The notes under the pieces were generated by a model. The model saw nothing but the letters and a program-made list of their open reading frames with translations. It ran no database searches and was not told where the DNA came from. From positions 176,762-240,761 of the IMG/VR virus record IMGVR_UViG_2706796186_000001: a stretch of 64,000 bases of DNA. One strand, written 5' to 3'. The position numbers were made by a program, and so were the translations under genes. Of the stretch, positions 39,301 to 47,837 are shown piece after piece. Origin of the DNA: a virus. Lineage: Duplodnaviria; Caudoviricetes. The first letter of the stretch is position 1, and each line of letters starts with the position of its first letter.

Positions 39301-40552
39301 CACCACCTTCATTCGCAGTAAAGAAGGTGAGGAGCACAAGCCGGGTGAAGTGCTGTCGTTTATCGACGGACTGGTACCGGACACGCTGATGGATGATGCG
39401 AAGCGTCAAAACTTCGTGGGTATCCAGTACGGTTCGACCACAACGGTCGTAGGGGCAATGGTACCGCCTTATCGGACTGAGTTAGAGAAGGGCGTTGCAC
39501 ATCGCACATCGGTGAAACACGCACGCGGTATCGATAAGCCGGGCAAAATCGTCATGAAGACGGATGAGTTTATCCGTATCAAGTACGACGACGGTGAAGA
39601 AGAAACGTTTGAACTGGGGCGCTGGTACGGAGCACATGAGGGGACGTATTACCCACACACCGTTATCAGTAAATGGAAGCAGGGCGACAAACTGCCTGCG
39701 GGGTCTATCATCACCTTTAACGGTGATCACTTCGAACCGGATCTCTACGATCCAACACAGGTTTGCTTGAAAGAATCCATTCTGGCTAATGTCGCGTTGA
39801 TTGAAGCGGAAGAGGTTATTGAAGACTCGAATGCAATTAGTGAGCGGTTCGCTGCGAAAGCACAGTCTGATGTGACCAAAATCAAAGAAGTCACGATTGG
39901 CTTTAACCAGAACATGTTGGAAATGGTGAAAGAAGGCGACCATGTAGATGTGGAGTCAATTCTATGCACCTTCAGCGACAACCTGAACGACGATATGAGC
40001 GGCTTCAGTAAAGAAGCAGCCCAAACCCTGTACGAACTCAGTTCGTTCTCACCGCAAGCCGGTGTGCGGGGACACATCGATAAAATCGAAGTGGTTTACC
40101 ATGGTGACCCAGAAGACCTGACTCCATCGCTGAAAACGTTGGTGAATGGGAAAGACCGTCAACGTCGTAAACTGGCAAACGCGCTGGGCAAGGACATTCC
40201 AACGTCCGGTAGCGTAAACGGGGATTACCGTGTAGACGGTGTGCCGCTGGCGTACAACACGATGTGTGTGAAGTTCTATATCACGCACCGTGTGGACATG
40301 GCGGCTGCTGACAAAATGGTTATCGCTAACCAGTTGAAAACCACGGTACAAGAATTGATGCGTGGCGAGAACTACACTGAACGTGGAGAGGAGCTGGACA
40401 TCATCTTTGGCCGTAACTCGGTGGATGCCCGTATCGTAGGTTCACTGATGCGTATCGGAACATGTAATGCCGCCGGTTTCCATGGCGGTCTTTGTGTCGG
40501 GAAGATTTTAGACGGTGAGGCCGTTCCTGAACTCCCTGCTAAAATCAAATAA
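36365..40552 (+). CDS. rpoB: Virion RNA polymerase beta subunit, N-terminal part (phiKZ gp178 / SPN3US gp241-like)
   Basis: 1395 aa; GGTGG, DDAKRQNF, EDSNAISE, ADKMVIANQLKTTV and LDIIF motifs. Confidence 0.9.
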   Translation: MLLIKQFNQRFSVRRTDEFGKPRIIPLEKLQIPRGSVFHTVDLDQVVLAPPVNTPYFQELEKPAQIRHHYRLPEDGISGKPIPVPVQGQERQILAYHRANRRFRRLTDDTLVRRDPKVLLIENYTPMLPHYRYPDTLMSWYDRLRNIQVLIANQFKYDTAEYLRQNYIIVNLGSTLPSFDKFKTTYNNRIKNKLEHFQSIELLWLLDLFGWARGDQKETLFAGMDMTQLSRMNFIFTHNSGFTSMNMGVVERMRKSAGGRLTDDVMSRHFYRTLIQVMTTQPSDKFETEFVTPEGEEQTVMHDVENDDIVEGSDDITDEDIVNDEPVVNDDDVDFDTNEDLVIEAPKEDVKPTTIVVEKTIDHAAVIKQEVEKLAEAGRVTAKAYKFLNESNQRFNQLPNPYNPKETYEQALTYSVKDIEVKPKKTLVKPLVTTEDWTQSTVDAMDKQYNSVVLPKDILSAVASSQRLGMAIHDHKVEKEISVTGNIEHHTLRLQPIGGEPVTVRFQTPALTEDGTWMANGTEYTMRRQRVDLPIRKVDFDTVALTTAYGKNFVRRSDKVANDYGRWLTNAIIVQAVDPKNTNVTDAKLANVFDPLNTLPRQYTMVARRVSGFNAMGYQWNFDSKKLNEFFGEEGVKNLEAKELLPVAKMRGNKFIGMDENSQIYKVDGDKMEPQGDLADFLGVDATKSPREMTELSLMGTSLTLGFIFSYYLGLTGMLKHFGIRYEVLPPGNRIDKTLYDSVIRLADSKIVVICDNDKQRMIVNGLDKYLKLLTTYTESEVDREDIYLNLIRDADGLTPRYINELRLMRTAFVDDMHARILRKMGEPETFIGLLERANEMLLTDYTKPEINGDEMMFVGNQRIAYHVYTAMVRAMRNYQNAPGSNRRFELSQDMVWGAINSDPSVLLAPGANPIQCTKEKDVITMGGTGGRNRKTMVYHTREFQESDLGIVSGNTVDNGDVGITAFLTNNPRFDTVDGTTFIRSKEGEEHKPGEVLSFIDGLVPDTLMDDAKRQNFVGIQYGSTTTVVGAMVPPYRTELEKGVAHRTSVKHARGIDKPGKIVMKTDEFIRIKYDDGEEETFELGRWYGAHEGTYYPHTVISKWKQGDKLPAGSIITFNGDHFEPDLYDPTQVCLKESILANVALIEAEEVIEDSNAISERFAAKAQSDVTKIKEVTIGFNQNMLEMVKEGDHVDVESILCTFSDNLNDDMSGFSKEAAQTLYELSSFSPQAGVRGHIDKIEVVYHGDPEDLTPSLKTLVNGKDRQRRKLANALGKDIPTSGSVNGDYRVDGVPLAYNTMCVKFYITHRVDMAAADKMVIANQLKTTVQELMRGENYTERGEELDIIFGRNSVDARIVGSLMRIGTCNAAGFHGGLCVGKILDGEAVPELPAKIK

Positions 40553-40598
40553 CACTCTGGGCGGGTCGCTACCGCCCAGTCAAACTCCGGAGTAAGGT

Positions 40599-40892
40599 AT
40601 GTCAATTTTAGAACAAATCCGTATGCGCCACAATTTGCCGGTCGCCGACAATGTGCAGTCGCAAGAGACGGACAGCTTTTCACCGGTGCAACGCATGAAT
40701 GCGATTACACTGGCAAACGCCGTGGAACTGACCACGGAAGTTATCCACGGGTTAATGCGTGGGAATAACGGCCTCGATGGTCGCATGGGTGAACAACGTT
40801 TGCTCAAGCGTGATATTGCCGACATGGTCGGTGGTCGTCTGGCAGGTCGTGTGCAGGATGTTATCAGCACCGTGAAGGGGAACAACCAATGA
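40599..40892 (+). CDS. Small hypothetical (probable virion) protein
   Basis: SD GGAG/AAGG; in the vRNAP-protease operon. Confidence 0.7.
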   Translation: MSILEQIRMRHNLPVADNVQSQETDSFSPVQRMNAITLANAVELTTEVIHGLMRGNNGLDGRMGEQRLLKRDIADMVGGRLAGRVQDVISTVKGNNQ

Positions 40893-42352
40893 TCAATCTG
40901 TACTCTGTTAACGCTACTACGAATGCCATGCGTTTGCTGAAACAGGCAAGCCTGCGTTTAAGTGCGGATGAAGGTTCTCCGATTGCGCTGCTGAACAAAG
41001 CCACAAACCAAGGGTCTGTGTTTGACTCTGCCATCACTGACGAGCAATTCTTCCAAACCCTGCCGCAAATCACGGCACTGCGCCAGCCTGCGCATGGTAC
41101 TGGCGAAGACAACGTGATTGTTGATACGGCTGCCGGTGCAGAGTCCATTCGTGTGGAAGACCACGAACCGACTCTGTATGAACTGAAGCGTATGATCAGC
41201 CAGCGTTGTGCGGGGATGCTGGACTTCTCCCGTAACGTGATTCAGCCGTTCGTGCAGGACGTGTTGAAGAACAACCAGATTGCCCCGGTGCAGGAAGTCA
41301 AAGAAGACTGGCAACTGGTTCCGGTGGATACCGATCCGTGTATCAACGAACCGATTGTACAAGCGCTGATTAACAAACTCGACAACCCGACCGGCATGGG
41401 CTTCTCCCACGAAGCGCTGGACGTGAGTGTGCCGGATGTTATCGATGTGCCGGAAACCGGCCGTAAGACCTTTGACCAGTTGGTGAACAAACTGCTGACT
41501 GAACTGGGTCTGTCCATGTCCGAAGCGATGCGTACGCTGTGCGCGGGTAACGCGGTTGTGCCGAACTCTACACAGGCTCCGCATTACATGAAGCAGAACG
41601 TACTGTTCCTGCTGCTCAGTGCGTACTTCCTGGAGAACCCGTGGGCAAACTCTGGCGTCAGTGTTGACCGTTGGAAAGCCCAGTTCACCAAAGCCCACTA
41701 CAGCTATTGTGGTTGGGTGTACCTGTACGCCGAAGCTGTCGTGGTGCGCACCAAACTCGGCAACATCGTTTACTCTTACGATGCCAACGACAAGAAAGTG
41801 TACATCTGTCAGGAAGCGCTGGACAGCTACCTGAACGACAATGGCACGGTTGAAGCCCTGCTGGGTGCTCTCTATCTGCTGGACGACGGTGACACCACTG
41901 CGTCAACCAACAAGCAATCGCTGTTGGATAAGCAAGATGCGTACGTGGCCGCGTGGGATCGTCGCAGTTCCATTCGCCGTATGGCAGCCGATACCGATTG
42001 GCTGACCACGAACCGTCAGGCGCTGAAGACGGCATTTAATCTGTCCATCGATACCCTCGATCCGGATTACCTGTCCACTGTCGGCGAAAACAAAAAGCTG
42101 ACCCCGGCGGAAGCGAAACTGGCATGTGCGTCGTCCATCGACCACCTGTTCAACCGCAGCACCACCGACATCACCGCATTCATTATTCGTACTGCGTGCT
42201 GTGAAGTGTTTGGCGAGTATGAGCTGTCCAATCTGATGCTTTCTATCCATGAAGGTATGATTGAAGGTCAGAAGCCGGATGCCGTTGCCTCAACGTGGAT
42301 CACCAACTACGTTCTGGATTGGCTGTTGCAGGGTGTGCTGATCGAAGAATAA
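40889..42352 (+). CDS. Probable virion head protein (SPN3US gp243-like)
   Basis: 487 aa, between the vRNAP beta and beta'-C genes (synteny). Confidence 0.6.
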   Translation: MINLYSVNATTNAMRLLKQASLRLSADEGSPIALLNKATNQGSVFDSAITDEQFFQTLPQITALRQPAHGTGEDNVIVDTAAGAESIRVEDHEPTLYELKRMISQRCAGMLDFSRNVIQPFVQDVLKNNQIAPVQEVKEDWQLVPVDTDPCINEPIVQALINKLDNPTGMGFSHEALDVSVPDVIDVPETGRKTFDQLVNKLLTELGLSMSEAMRTLCAGNAVVPNSTQAPHYMKQNVLFLLLSAYFLENPWANSGVSVDRWKAQFTKAHYSYCGWVYLYAEAVVVRTKLGNIVYSYDANDKKVYICQEALDSYLNDNGTVEALLGALYLLDDGDTTASTNKQSLLDKQDAYVAAWDRRSSIRRMAADTDWLTTNRQALKTAFNLSIDTLDPDYLSTVGENKKLTPAEAKLACASSIDHLFNRSTTDITAFIIRTACCEVFGEYELSNLMLSIHEGMIEGQKPDAVASTWITNYVLDWLLQGVLIEE

Positions 42353-42365
42353 CGGAGGGTGTGGC

Positions 42366-43088
42366 ATGAGTGCCATTGAAACCGCACGCCGCGATCCGCG
42401 AAAGATCCATGCTGACTTGGTCGACGAGGGCACTGCCACTATTACCAAAGGGGGGTGTTACCTTTACATCCCTGTTGGGTATACCTCGAAAGAACTGGCG
42501 TTCATTTCTTCAACGATTGAAATCGTGGGGATGTTCGCCATTTCGACTGACCGTAAGACGTACGGTGTCTCGAACGTCACGACGTTTATTGAGATTACAC
42601 CGTCTTCGTTTGAAGAGGTGGATGTTGCAGGCGAGCCTTACTACGAGTTCCGCTTTGACCCCGGTACGGTTGTGTTCCCGAACCGTATGTTACAAGTGGT
42701 TTCCAACCCGGTGTATAACATCGCCTCCTACGTGTACGACTTTGGTAACCGACCGTTTTGGTTTACCATCGTAGACGATGCTGAGCTGTTGTCCGAAGCA
42801 CCGTTGTGGAATGGTTTTCGGGTCTTTGCTGACCAGATTACCGCAGACTGTTACGCGGCACACACCCAACGCAAGAAAGGTGACCCACGTACGTTCTTCC
42901 GTTACACGCTGAAAAAAGACAGCGATATGTTTGGTCCCGTCCAGTACATCCCTCTTCGAGATGGTTCGCTTAACAAAACCTCTCGACTGGCGAAGCTTGC
43001 TGACGTCGAGCTGAAACGCGGGATTCGTTCTGCGCTCAGTGTCGATCCGATTCGTGCTGAACCGCTTGAGGATCTCTTCATGAGATAA
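42366..43088 (+). CDS. Virion RNA polymerase beta' C-terminal subunit (phiKZ gp176 / SPN3US gp244-like)
   Basis: 240 aa immediately upstream of the prohead protease. The C-terminal SRLAKLAD..LKRGIRSAL...LEDL resembles the RpoC region H end. Assignment rests mainly on synteny. Confidence 0.65.
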   Translation: MSAIETARRDPRKIHADLVDEGTATITKGGCYLYIPVGYTSKELAFISSTIEIVGMFAISTDRKTYGVSNVTTFIEITPSSFEEVDVAGEPYYEFRFDPGTVVFPNRMLQVVSNPVYNIASYVYDFGNRPFWFTIVDDAELLSEAPLWNGFRVFADQITADCYAAHTQRKKGDPRTFFRYTLKKDSDMFGPVQYIPLRDGSLNKTSRLAKLADVELKRGIRSALSVDPIRAEPLEDLFMR

Positions 43089-43145
43089 TGGGTAGCGGCA
43101 TCGTCGCCGGTGCCGTTATTCACTGACAATTAACTGGGGTAAACA

Positions 43146-43952
43146 ATGGATTCGAATTTAACCATGCGTTACAACTGCGTAGCGCTTGCGGGGATAAACA
43201 AAGGGCAGACGCTCCAGAAGGACGCGGACGGATACTACTACGTTCTGCTGGGTGCGTTGAACATTTTCAACTCGGAAGGTATCTTCTACGCGTTTAATGA
43301 ATCGAAGCATGTCTTCGACCGTTCAAGCGTGTTCATGCGCAAGGTACAGGCCGGTAACCTGTTTGGTGAAGAAGACCACCCGCCGTTTGAGCCGGGTATG
43401 TCAGAAGCCCAATGGATTGAACGCAACGAATGGATTGAAACCAAGAACGTTGCCATGCACATTCGTGAAGTCGAATTAAAACCGACTGACCAAGTGTGTA
43501 ACGGTATGCCAGTGGTGGAAATCTGGGGCTGGATTAAACCGAACCGCGATCGTGGTCCGTATCTGGCTGAGGCATTAGAGAACCCACATCAAAACGTGTG
43601 CTTCTCTCTGCGTGCCATCGTTCGCGAAGGCCGTATCGGTGGTACCCTGTGTCGTCGTATTGACCGTATGGTCACTTTCGACTGGGTTATCGAAGACGGC
43701 TTGCAAATCTGCAACAAATACTCTGCGATTGAACGCGGCAGTAAAGTTGCCCGTGAAAGTACCCGTACGTTTGTTGACCGTCCTATCCACCGTCGCACGT
43801 TGGAAGAGATGGCCTTCAACCCGCAAGCGACGTCTAAGATTGCGACAGAGTCACGTCGCGGCGCAGCACGTCAGATTGCACGCGAGTACCTGAACTATTC
43901 CGAGGCCCGTCCTCATACGCGTGTTGTGGGGTTAGGGAAGGGGAGCTGGTAA
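43146..43952 (+). CDS. Prohead protease (phiKZ gp175 / SPN3US gp245 / T4 gp21-like)
   Basis: LGALNIFNSEGIFY, GEEDHP (His), FSLRA (Ser), TFDWV; C-terminal ARE/ATE self-cleavage-type sites. Confidence 0.85.
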   Translation: MDSNLTMRYNCVALAGINKGQTLQKDADGYYYVLLGALNIFNSEGIFYAFNESKHVFDRSSVFMRKVQAGNLFGEEDHPPFEPGMSEAQWIERNEWIETKNVAMHIREVELKPTDQVCNGMPVVEIWGWIKPNRDRGPYLAEALENPHQNVCFSLRAIVREGRIGGTLCRRIDRMVTFDWVIEDGLQICNKYSAIERGSKVARESTRTFVDRPIHRRTLEEMAFNPQATSKIATESRRGAARQIAREYLNYSEARPHTRVVGLGKGSW

Positions 43953-44567
43953 ATGGCTGAATACGATGCTTCCTTAGATAAGTGGTTTGAAAACCAACTA
44001 CCTCGTGTCGCGAAGAAACTCACGATAAAAGGGATAGAGGTGCCACCTTTACACATCGGCGGTAAGGTGCGTGTCTTTACACCGCGGTTGCCCAACAGCC
44101 CGGCACCTGGGGAAGATCAGACCATTCCACGCGTTTGCTGCTCATTAACAATCAAGAACTGTTGTGTGGGTGCACGCCACAACTTTCAGTTCGCAAACGA
44201 GAACCCACGGTTGTTCATCTATGCGTTCGATGAACGCAGCGTTGTGCAACCCTCCGTTGAGGTCACAAAGGAACCGAACCGGGCGGGGGAAGTTTGGATT
44301 GTTCCACACCGTATGGCTAACTGGGAAATCAAGCCTCGTGTGATTGGTGAGATGCGCCTGGCCAATATGGCGAAGGATTACACCGAACTGGACTATGTCC
44401 TGTTGGTGTCCGAACCCACGGTATGGGAAAACGGCACAACGTTGAAACCCGACACGGCCTATCACTTCAAAGTGACGTGGTCGCCAGAGTTTCGTTTCAC
44501 GGAACCTAAAGTGGTGCCAGTTGATGTCTATCACGATGCCCTGAATGCGTATACCGTCACCCGTTAA
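43953..44567 (+). CDS. Conserved hypothetical protein
   Basis: FTPRLP...EDQTIPRVCCSLTI...GEVW pattern; adjacent to the protease. Confidence 0.7.
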   Translation: MAEYDASLDKWFENQLPRVAKKLTIKGIEVPPLHIGGKVRVFTPRLPNSPAPGEDQTIPRVCCSLTIKNCCVGARHNFQFANENPRLFIYAFDERSVVQPSVEVTKEPNRAGEVWIVPHRMANWEIKPRVIGEMRLANMAKDYTELDYVLLVSEPTVWENGTTLKPDTAYHFKVTWSPEFRFTEPKVVPVDVYHDALNAYTVTR

Positions 44568-44615
44568 GTAAGTTCGTGGTCTGCAAATCACACTTACTAC
44601 ACTGGAGGCAGTAAC

Positions 44616-44912
44616 ATGAAAGCGGTAAACATTGTGATACCTCCTAGCCTTAACATGTTTTCCCCAGAAGAGTTGAAAGCCGTTGGTTTTCATGCGATTC
44701 AGGGAAGGGTGGGTAAAAACGTCTTAGCCGAAGTGTTGTCTGAACGGTTGGATACAAAGCGAAAGATCAATAATGTCATCGCGGCGATTCCACAGCAAGA
44801 CCTCACGAAATTCTATCTCGACCTGCAAGCAGCCGGTGCGACGATTGACTATAGCCGGACGTTCTTCTTACAAACCGAGCTATACCGCCGTATTGTTACT
44901 GTGAAGCAGTAA
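44616..44912 (+). CDS. Hypothetical protein
   Basis: SD GGAGG; 98 aa. Confidence 0.7.
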   Translation: MKAVNIVIPPSLNMFSPEELKAVGFHAIQGRVGKNVLAEVLSERLDTKRKINNVIAAIPQQDLTKFYLDLQAAGATIDYSRTFFLQTELYRRIVTVKQ

Positions 44913-44968
44913 TAAAAAAATACAGCATTACATGTTTTTGTGCGGGGACTTTTTAAGGATAACATGAA

Positions 44969-45526
44969 ATGATTTATTTGGATAGCGATGGCGTGTTCGC
45001 CGGTTGGCGATTGTACGCACTGCCCAAATACTTTCCGACGATGACTTCACACGAGTTTAACAAACTACCAGAACTGAAGCGCCGGGGGTTGATGCGGGAC
45101 ATGTATCAACAGGAGCCTAACCTCTTCTATAACCTTCCACCCAATAACGCAATGATTCAAGTTCTTGAATTCATTGAGAAAGAATGCTTACCGTGGTCTA
45201 TTCTTACCTCCGGGTCAGAAGATCACTATGATCATGATTTGGTGGTAGATTGCAAAGAGCGCTGGTTTGATAAACACTTTGGTGTTCCAGCAGACAAAAT
45301 CATCGTGACTGAAAACTCAGGAGCGAAGGCGGCGTATGCGGGACGAGGGAAACTGCTTGTTGACGATTTCGGTCGCAATTGTCGCGAGTGGGCACTCAAA
45401 GGTGGTACCGCCTATTGGGTTCACACAGATGAGCCAAACGTGCGGGATCTTATTCGCCATATTGGTGCTTTTGCAGAAGATCCTAATATGCTCTGTGGGT
45501 CTATCCTACAGATACAAGCAGGTTAG
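44969..45526 (+). CDS. HAD-superfamily 5'(3')-deoxyribonucleotidase-like phosphatase
   Basis: Motif I YLDSDGV, motif II ILTS, K..W, motif IV LLVDD...N..EW. Confidence 0.8.
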   Translation: MIYLDSDGVFAGWRLYALPKYFPTMTSHEFNKLPELKRRGLMRDMYQQEPNLFYNLPPNNAMIQVLEFIEKECLPWSILTSGSEDHYDHDLVVDCKERWFDKHFGVPADKIIVTENSGAKAAYAGRGKLLVDDFGRNCREWALKGGTAYWVHTDEPNVRDLIRHIGAFAEDPNMLCGSILQIQAG

Positions 45527-45534
45527 GTGTTAAG

Positions 45535-45577
45535 GTGGCCATCCCTCAAAAGGTGGCCACGTATTCTATATTTTTTT
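45535..45577 (+). terminator. Probable terminator
   Basis: GTGGCCATC...GGTGGCCAC stem followed by TATTCTATATTTTTTT. Confidence 0.55.
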
Positions 45578-45578
45578 G

Positions 45579-45598
45579 GATATATATTACCTAGGTGA
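45579..45598 (+). promoter_or_regulatory. Early phage promoter (copy 3, perfect TATATTAC)
   Basis: GATATATATTACCTAGGTGA. Confidence 0.75.
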
Positions 45599-45642
45599 AC
45601 TTGCATCTGTAAGTTTTTCAATCGACTATCGAGGAGTAAACA

Positions 45643-45834
45643 ATGAGCGAATTATTACGCAGCTTTCTGAAACTGCACGACGGTTCTAAAGACGCCTGCA
45701 AAGCATTTGAAGCGCAGTCCACGATGGATGAGCGTGCGGTACTGGTCAGGAAACTGGCCGTCGCTGTCAATGACAAAGACACTGTACGTGAAGCTGAAAT
45801 CCGTAAACAACTTTTTGGGACTGTAAACAAATGA
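45643..45834 (+). CDS. Small hypothetical early protein
   Basis: SD GAGGAG; 63 aa. Confidence 0.7.
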   Translation: MSELLRSFLKLHDGSKDACKAFEAQSTMDERAVLVRKLAVAVNDKDTVREAEIRKQLFGTVNK

Positions 45835-46508
45835 ATCCACAAGACGTCCGTAAACTGACCGAGCAAGTTATCCGCCACTTCTACGACTTCTATCGTTACA
45901 CAGACAGTGCGCACCGTATCGACCACATCCGTTCCGTTATCAGTAACGTGATTCGCATCTGCTACACCAACGGCTGGCAGGAACATCTGAAGCTGGCCAT
46001 TATCGCAGCGGGCGCTCACGACATCTTCTCAACCAAAGAGCTGAGAGCAGAACACCACATCAAAGGTTTTACGTGGGTGCTTGATAATAAGCCCCTACTG
46101 ATGCGTAAATACAAACTCACCTCCGACGAGTGCTACACCATCGCGTATGCGGTGATGGAACACCGGGGCAGTTTCAAAGGGAACTACAACAGCATCGTCT
46201 CCGAAATTGTGGCAGCGGCTGACCGTGGGATTCCGTCTAAGGATGATGTGACCAACTACATCGGCCGCAGCTACTTGTATGCGCGTGACAACTTAGAGAA
46301 AAGTATTTCGAATGCGAAGTTCCACGCTGTGGCTCACATTCAGGATAAGTTTGGACGCAACGCTTATGCGAAGGTTCCAGACTGGTACCACGAAATGTTC
46401 GCCAGAGAACTGGCTGAACGACGTGACATTATCGACATGCTCGATACCGACTTCTTTACACCAGACTTGGTGGAAGATTTAGAACGTAAACTCAATAACA
46501 ACCCGTAA
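45831..46508 (+). CDS. HD-domain metal-dependent phosphohydrolase
   Basis: AHRIDH, AHD, EHH, EHR and AADR residues of the HD superfamily. Confidence 0.85.
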   Translation: MNPQDVRKLTEQVIRHFYDFYRYTDSAHRIDHIRSVISNVIRICYTNGWQEHLKLAIIAAGAHDIFSTKELRAEHHIKGFTWVLDNKPLLMRKYKLTSDECYTIAYAVMEHRGSFKGNYNSIVSEIVAAADRGIPSKDDVTNYIGRSYLYARDNLEKSISNAKFHAVAHIQDKFGRNAYAKVPDWYHEMFARELAERRDIIDMLDTDFFTPDLVEDLERKLNNNP

Positions 46509-46520
46509 GGATTATCAAAG

Positions 46521-47021
46521 ATGGCCAAAATGACTTCTGTTAAAGACCTGATCGCTGACCTGAACGCTGGCGCTACCACCACACTGGCTGAGCGTCGCCT
46601 GACTGAAGAGTCCGTTACCAATCTGGTACGTGGCTTCGAAGCCGGTACACCGACCATCAAAGTCACCCCGAACGAAAAGGGTGAGCATAAGCTGACCATC
46701 GCGGACATGGACACCATGGACCAATACCGCGCCAACTTCCACGAAGCGTTCAGCAGCATCACCAAAGATCTGATTGGTGAAGAAGCGCGTAAAGACCCAG
46801 AGCTGGGTGCGATGGAAGTGACGCTGGATGTCGGTAAGACCACCTTCTCCACTGCGTTCGCCCGCCCGACTGGCGACAACCCATCTCAGAAAGAGTGGGC
46901 TGCTTCCATCGGCTTCGGCTACAGCACCATCAAGAATAAGTCACTGGAAGGCGCGCTGCGTCGTGACTTCGCCAAGGGCTTCCTCGAAGTTGAAGAGGAA
47001 GACGAAGAAGACGAAGAGTAA
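46521..47021 (+). CDS. Hypothetical protein with acidic C-terminal tail
   Basis: SD AAGGA; ends EVEEEDEEDEE. Confidence 0.75.
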   Translation: MAKMTSVKDLIADLNAGATTTLAERRLTEESVTNLVRGFEAGTPTIKVTPNEKGEHKLTIADMDTMDQYRANFHEAFSSITKDLIGEEARKDPELGAMEVTLDVGKTTFSTAFARPTGDNPSQKEWAASIGFGYSTIKNKSLEGALRRDFAKGFLEVEEEDEEDEE

Positions 47022-47194
47022 TGGTCAAGATAGTCATCGACCATCACCCTGATGTTATTCCGTTCACGGCGATTCGAAAGGACGGCACGATTGCACCACC
47101 CGAGCAGTTGGGTATGACAATCCGTGTTGTTCCGTCTCTAACGCCTAAGCCACTGGACGGGGTAGCAAAACTCTATCACCGGAAACGGCGGTAG
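47021..47194 (+). CDS. Small hypothetical protein (57 aa)
   Basis: TAATG coupling; MVKIVIDHHPDVIPFTAIRKDG...LYHRKRR*. Not in the ORF track. Confidence 0.5.
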   Translation: MVKIVIDHHPDVIPFTAIRKDGTIAPPEQLGMTIRVVPSLTPKPLDGVAKLYHRKRR

Positions 47195-47253
47195 GGTTAC
47201 AGAAGAGAGCTGTCTTATGACAGCTTTCTTTTTTTTGATCTTGAGAGAACATT

Positions 47254-47790
47254 ATGAACGAAATGATGGGTACGATTACCAACGGGATGTTACCGTGCAG
47301 ATTGTCTCGCGAAGAGATTATTGCCCGTATCGGTTTACTGGCCGATATCCATATCCGAGGTTTGCTTTCCTCGCTGACGTTGCAGGAGTTCACGGAGATT
47401 GCCGAGTACCCCGTGGAAATCATGACCTGTACCGCCAACGGCTACCAACGTTTTCTGTCCGAAACGACCCCTACCATTATCCAGAAAACGGCCGGGTTTA
47501 TTCTGCGTTATAAATCTGCGCTGATTTACGAGCTGGGCAAAGAAGTGTTGAATGTGCTTGAAAAAGAACACATCACGCTGAATGCTTCAGATGTGGCCAA
47601 ACTGGAAGGGGGTGACAAAAACCTATTGACGCTCTGGACGGTTGCGAACCCAACGTTGTCTGACGTTGCACCCACTTCCCGGTACGACATCTTTGCCACC
47701 TACCTGTTTATCAGCCACATCAAATGGTTGGTCATCCGCTTAGAAGCGGAAGGTGAGAAACCGGCTGCTGCGGCTGAACAGAAAAAATAA
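47254..47790 (+). CDS. Hypothetical protein
   Basis: 178 aa, ending at a terminator. Confidence 0.7.
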   Translation: MNEMMGTITNGMLPCRLSREEIIARIGLLADIHIRGLLSSLTLQEFTEIAEYPVEIMTCTANGYQRFLSETTPTIIQKTAGFILRYKSALIYELGKEVLNVLEKEHITLNASDVAKLEGGDKNLLTLWTVANPTLSDVAPTSRYDIFATYLFISHIKWLVIRLEAEGEKPAAAAEQKK

Positions 47791-47834
47791 AAAGCCACCC
47801 ACTCCCGAAGGAGTGGGTAAGCTTATCTTTTTTT
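47785..47834. terminator. Bidirectional terminator (conserved family)
   Basis: AAATAAAAAGCC-ACCCACTCC-CGAA-GGAGTGGGT-AAGCTTATCTTTTTTT. Confidence 0.9.
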
Positions 47835-47837
47835 GCC

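Noticed and set aside
34731-43088. Split RNA polymerase genes as pseudogenes or a novel system
   Set aside because: Split multisubunit virion RNAPs are an established feature of phiKZ-like phages.
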